Below, in pieces: positions 62,899 through 64,000 of a DNA stretch of 64,000 bases (position 1 is the stretch's first letter; the number at the start of each line of letters is the position of its first letter). The notes below the pieces were generated by a model that was given only the letters and a program-made list of their open reading frames with translations, searched no databases and was not told the DNA's origin. The position numbers were made by a program, and so were the translations under genes. The stretch is taken from IMG/VR virus record IMGVR_UViG_3300020165_000007, positions 62,001 through 126,000 of that record. One strand, given 5' to 3'.

Positions 62899-64000
62899 AG
62901 TAATTCTCCATTAGGTGATACTTTCAATTGTTTACCATCTACTTCAAATACCAAGTTGTTCTTGTTTGTTTTACCTAAGAACTTAGAACCCTTGTTTTCC
63001 TTCATGATAAACTCTGAGGTTAATTCTTGCTCTAAAGTCTCTGACATTTCTTTAACTTCAGACTTAACTTTAACCTTGTTTACTTTTTCTGTGATAAATC
63101 TCATTACGTTCTTATCTTCAGTTTCCTTTTTTTCTTCTTCAGAAATTACGAAATACTTTGATAAAACCTTATCTACTTTAGATTCTGTGAATACTTCATC
63201 TACAACTTCTTCGATTCCGTATCCTTCACCTAATTCCTCATCACCTACAGGTTCTTCTTCCACACTCATATCCAAGTCTAAGTCCAACTCATCTTCACCA
63301 CCGGCTTCAATATCAAGTTCTCCCTCAACACCATAGTCGATTTCTTCATCTTCAAAGTTACTTAAAATATCTTCTAAGTCTTCTTCTGATAAGTTTTCTA
63401 AATTCACGGCAGATATAATTGAATTTAAAACGTACTTAATATCTTCAGAAGAAAGTCCTTCTTGAGAATCTAATGTTCTTAACTTTTGACCTAGTTTACC
63501 CGTTAATTTTTGGATTAATTTAAATGATATTTCGTCTTCCTCTGATTCAATGTCAGTTTCAGGTACATCCATATCTAAGTCTAATTCTTCTTCACCTTCA
63601 GGTGTTTCTAAATCCATGTCTAAATCTAATTCTTCTTCTTCACCTCCTAAACTCCCTAAATCTAAATCACCACCCATATCGCTCATCGAAGCTTCAGGTG
63701 ATGGTTCTGGTTCAGGTGTTGGAGTCTTAAGTACAAACTTTTTTTGTTCACCTATTAAGTCAACATTTTCACTATGTTCATGAATCCTATTCAATTCGCC
63801 AGCCATTAGATTTATTTTTTTCATGGCTTGTGAATAAGAGCGATAATATTTCCTATTCTTCATAGGATTAATATATTCTAATTCACTTTCGTTAATTCCT
63901 CTTTTAACTATGTAACCACTTTTTTCGTGTACAATACCGTAAACGTTACCATCTGCGAGTTGTATAGTGTAATCGGATTTATTTTCATTCAAATTTTGAG
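62895..64000 (-). CDS. Acidic prohead-core-like protein, 5' end probably beyond window
   Basis: Frame stays open from TTG 63992 to the window edge (QNLNENKS...); EEELDLDMD repeats and INES/FTES/FITE motifs as in the scaffold. Confidence 0.7.
   Translation of the reverse strand, partial: QNLNENKSDYTIQLADGNVYGIVHEKSGYIVKRGINESELEYINPMKNRKYYRSYSQAMKKINLMAGELNRIHEHSENVDLIGEQKKFVLKTPTPEPEPSPEASMSDMGGDLDLGSLGGEEEELDLDMDLETPEGEEELDLDMDVPETDIESEEDEISFKLIQKLTGKLGQKLRTLDSQEGLSSEDIKYVLNSIISAVNLENLSEEDLEDILSNFEDEEIDYGVEGELDIEAGGEDELDLDLDMSVEEEPVGDEELGEGYGIEEVVDEVFTESKVDKVLSKYFVISEEEKKETEDKNVMRFITEKVNKVKVKSEVKEMSETLEQELTSEFIMKENKGSKFLGKTNKNNLVFEVDGKQLKVSPNGELL

Noticed and set aside
1-64000. Stop-codon reassignment, as seen in some large Bacteroidota phages
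   Set aside because: Conserved genes are full length under the standard code and coding density is high; TAA and TGA both terminate genes at expected positions.
1-64000. Giant eukaryotic virus (NCLDV) or bacterial chromosome origin, suggested by GT17/GT11, SNF2, PolB and mucin repeats
   Set aside because: T4-type MCP, portal, prohead protease, TerL, bacterial promoters and bS21 identify a tailed bacteriophage.
1-64000. tRNA, tmRNA or other large ncRNA genes
   Set aside because: Intergenic gaps are short and were accounted for by promoters, terminators, small ORFs or a gene remnant; no cloverleaf or T-loop GTTCGA context was seen by eye (tRNAscan/Infernal not run).

Overview
This is a 64-kb, AT-rich, densely coding segment of a large T4-like (myovirus-type) bacteriophage, most likely infecting aquatic Bacteroidota. 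Host evidence is TTTG-N19/20-TAnnTTTG promoters, mostly SD-less A-rich leaders, a Bacteroidota-type ribosomal protein bS21 and a Mn-type SOD. Left to right: tail-terminator/neck genes interleaved with an SNF2 helicase and a SOD fusion (1-6.7 kb); family B DNA polymerase; a block of Cys-rich, Thr/Pro/Ser-repeat (mucin-like) fibre/appendage genes with a trypsin-like protease (9.5-22.5 kb); small late genes including a stand-alone WYL protein; a ~16-kb glycan-biosynthesis/nucleotide-metabolism locus with 9 recognisable glycosyltransferases plus two GT-like DUFs, a His-type PLP sugar dehydratase, a reductase, FkbM methylase, dUTPase and PhoH (25-41.6 kb); a gp55-like sigma factor; baseplate spike; and the minus-strand head module (MCP, scaffold, prohead protease, bS21, holin-like gene, portal, TerL; 50-64 kb). 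No tRNA, CRISPR array, integrase or intein was seen. Best leads, all inferences needing tests: (1) a phage-encoded system glycosylating mucin-like virion appendages; (2) a leader/[ILV]-x-E prohead-protease 'cargo' code shared by many unrelated proteins, including a SOD-nuclease-like fusion and a WYL domain; (3) a late promoter (A/G)TATTTAT that is the reverse complement of the T4 late promoter; (4) an SD-less phage bS21. Family assignments come from motif recognition by eye; no database searches were run.
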